DNA of 44,640 bases, taken from the NCBI GenBank assembly GCA_964504105.1, contig CAZDDB010000003.1, forward strand, positions 1-44,640. Reading direction: 5' to 3'. Both the position numbers and the translations under genes were made by a program. Under the pieces are notes generated by a model. That model saw nothing but the letters and a program-made list of their open reading frames with translations, did not search any database and was not told where the DNA came from. Origin of the DNA: an uncultured Acidobacteriota bacterium. Its GTDB lineage: Bacteria; Acidobacteriota; HRBIN11; JAKEFK01. This document shows positions 43,758 to 44,640 of the stretch, in pieces (the stretch's first letter is position 1; every line of letters starts with the position of its first letter).

Positions 43758-43967
43758 TCATATCAAGTCCTGATAGTTTCGTGCGTCGTGAATGATGCGG
43801 TGAATGAAGACGGTCCGGCCTCGAATCGTATACAAAATCAAATGGTCCGAGACGATGAGATAGCGGTAACCAAGTCTCGACGAGATCCTCCGCAGTTGCT
43901 CTTGAAGCTCTGCAATTGTTTGCCCAGGGTCATTCCCGGCAGGTTTCGTATTTTCCATGGACTTCAA
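43758..43967 (-). pseudogene. 5'-truncated ParE/RelE-family toxin remnant
   Basis: C-terminal half YRYLIVSDHLILYTIRGRTVFIHRIIHDARN matches the ParE core. The frame is closed by a TGA 12 codons upstream of the TTG start. No antitoxin ORF is adjacent. Confidence 0.5.
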
Positions 43968-44125
43968 GAGTATACCAATTCGAATATTTTTGAATCAAAT
44001 GGAACGGAGGACGTATGGAAACCGAGAACTTCAACATCGCATCAGCAAGTAAGCCAGTTTACCTTCTCATGCCGTGCAGAACAAGAATCGGGTAAGTACC
44101 GGGTGACTGGTATAATTGCCGGCTA

Positions 44126-44401
44126 ATGCTTCTGCAAAACGTCCTGGACATAGCCATTCCAGCTATAACCTTCTTCCTGATGACGTTAGTGGGAATGGAC
44201 TTGACCGCCCAAGGGCTACCCTTGCCGGGTTTGGATGTAAATGCGGCCCTTCGAAGCATTTTGGAGGGAACCGCTACTGAGACGGGTGAGCGATTCTTCC
44301 AGGCACTGGTGAAAAACCTGGCAAAGGTGCTGAATGGAGTAAAATTACTGATGGAGGAACACTATGAACAGTCATCTGAATCAAAAAGTTGCTCAGCTTG
44401 A
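44126..44401 (+). pseudogene. mosaic ORF made of unrelated gene fragments (transporter N-terminus plus sensor-domain fragment)
   Basis: LDIAIPAITFFLMTLVGMDLT resembles the first TM of BASS/AEC-type transporters. LEGTATETGERFFQALVKNLAKVL resembles the start of sensor PAS/GAF modules. Overlaps the start of the next gene. Confidence 0.3.
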
Positions 44402-44640
44402 AAGTAAATTGAAAGGGCAGGTACTGCTCCCTGCTCATGCGGACTATGATGAGATTCGCAAGGTATGGAATGCGATGATCGATCGGCGCCCGGCAGTCAT
44501 TGTTCGGTGTGCGGATTCCCGCGACGTTCAATCTGCGATCGCATTTGCGCATGAGAATGGACTCGAGCTATCTGTTCGAGGCGCAGGACATAACATTGCT
44601 GGAAGCGCTCTAGTAGATAACGGCCTGATGGTCGATCTTT
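44364..44640 (+). CDS. FAD-binding (VAO/PCMH-type, FAD_binding_4) oxidoreductase, 5' partial
   Basis: Not in the ORF track because it runs off the window. GGAGGA at 44353..44358 and ATG 44364. My translation MNSHLNQKVAQLESKLKGQVLLPAHADYDEIRKVWNAMIDRRPAVIVRCADSRDVQSAIAFAHENGLELSVRGAGHNIAGSAL is typical of the N-terminus of FAD-linked oxidases. Confidence 0.75.
   Translation, partial: MNSHLNQKVAQLESKLKGQVLLPAHADYDEIRKVWNAMIDRRPAVIVRCADSRDVQSAIAFAHENGLELSVRGAGHNIAGSALVDNGLMVDL

Noticed and set aside
44015-44095. 26-aa ORF (METENFNIASASKPVYLLMPCRTRIG) with GGAGG 4 nt upstream
   Set aside because: It is too short and featureless to support, and it lies in the decayed patch antisense to other fragment ORFs. 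It is kept only as a note.

Overview
44.6-kb chromosomal window with about 46 protein-coding genes. I found no rRNA, tRNA or CRISPR array by eye. All product names come from motifs I recognised in the ORF-track translations; no searches or computations were run. Gene content and the intergenic repeats suggest a Gram-negative environmental bacterium, possibly Acidobacteriota-like (inference only). Left to right: a Bat/MoxR-type operon (DUF58, BatA-, BatB- and BatD-like) with an opposite-strand secreted-protein gene wedged in; a MacAB-type efflux unit (HlyD adaptor, ABC ATPase, two FtsX permeases); a PlsC-like acyltransferase; HemW; an orphan Ku; TrxB; a single-polypeptide EtfB-EtfA fusion abutting a HEAT-repeat gene; MazG; a partner-switching set (STAS, RsbW-like kinase, GAF-PP2C phosphatase) with no sigma factor; RibF; a PhnP-like MBL hydrolase. 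Next comes a ~13-kb neighbourhood (24.9-38.1 kb) rich in PATAN/DUF4388, TPR, PP2C, DUF1844, SPOR and MA-peptidase proteins. Then a LytS/LytTR two-component operon, a HigBA-like toxin-antitoxin pair, a decayed patch of gene fragments, and the 5' end of an FAD-linked oxidase. The best candidate for something undescribed is two paralogous membrane proteins with an N-terminal PATAN module followed by tandem MshEN-type (c-di-GMP receptor-like) motifs. One carries a pseudopilin-like ectodomain and the other a SPOR ectodomain. Also notable: a 156-bp MITE-like element with 23-bp perfect terminal inverted repeats and 9-bp flanking direct repeats; at least five families of REP-like palindromic elements, some of which supply CDS termini; and the EtfBA fusion.
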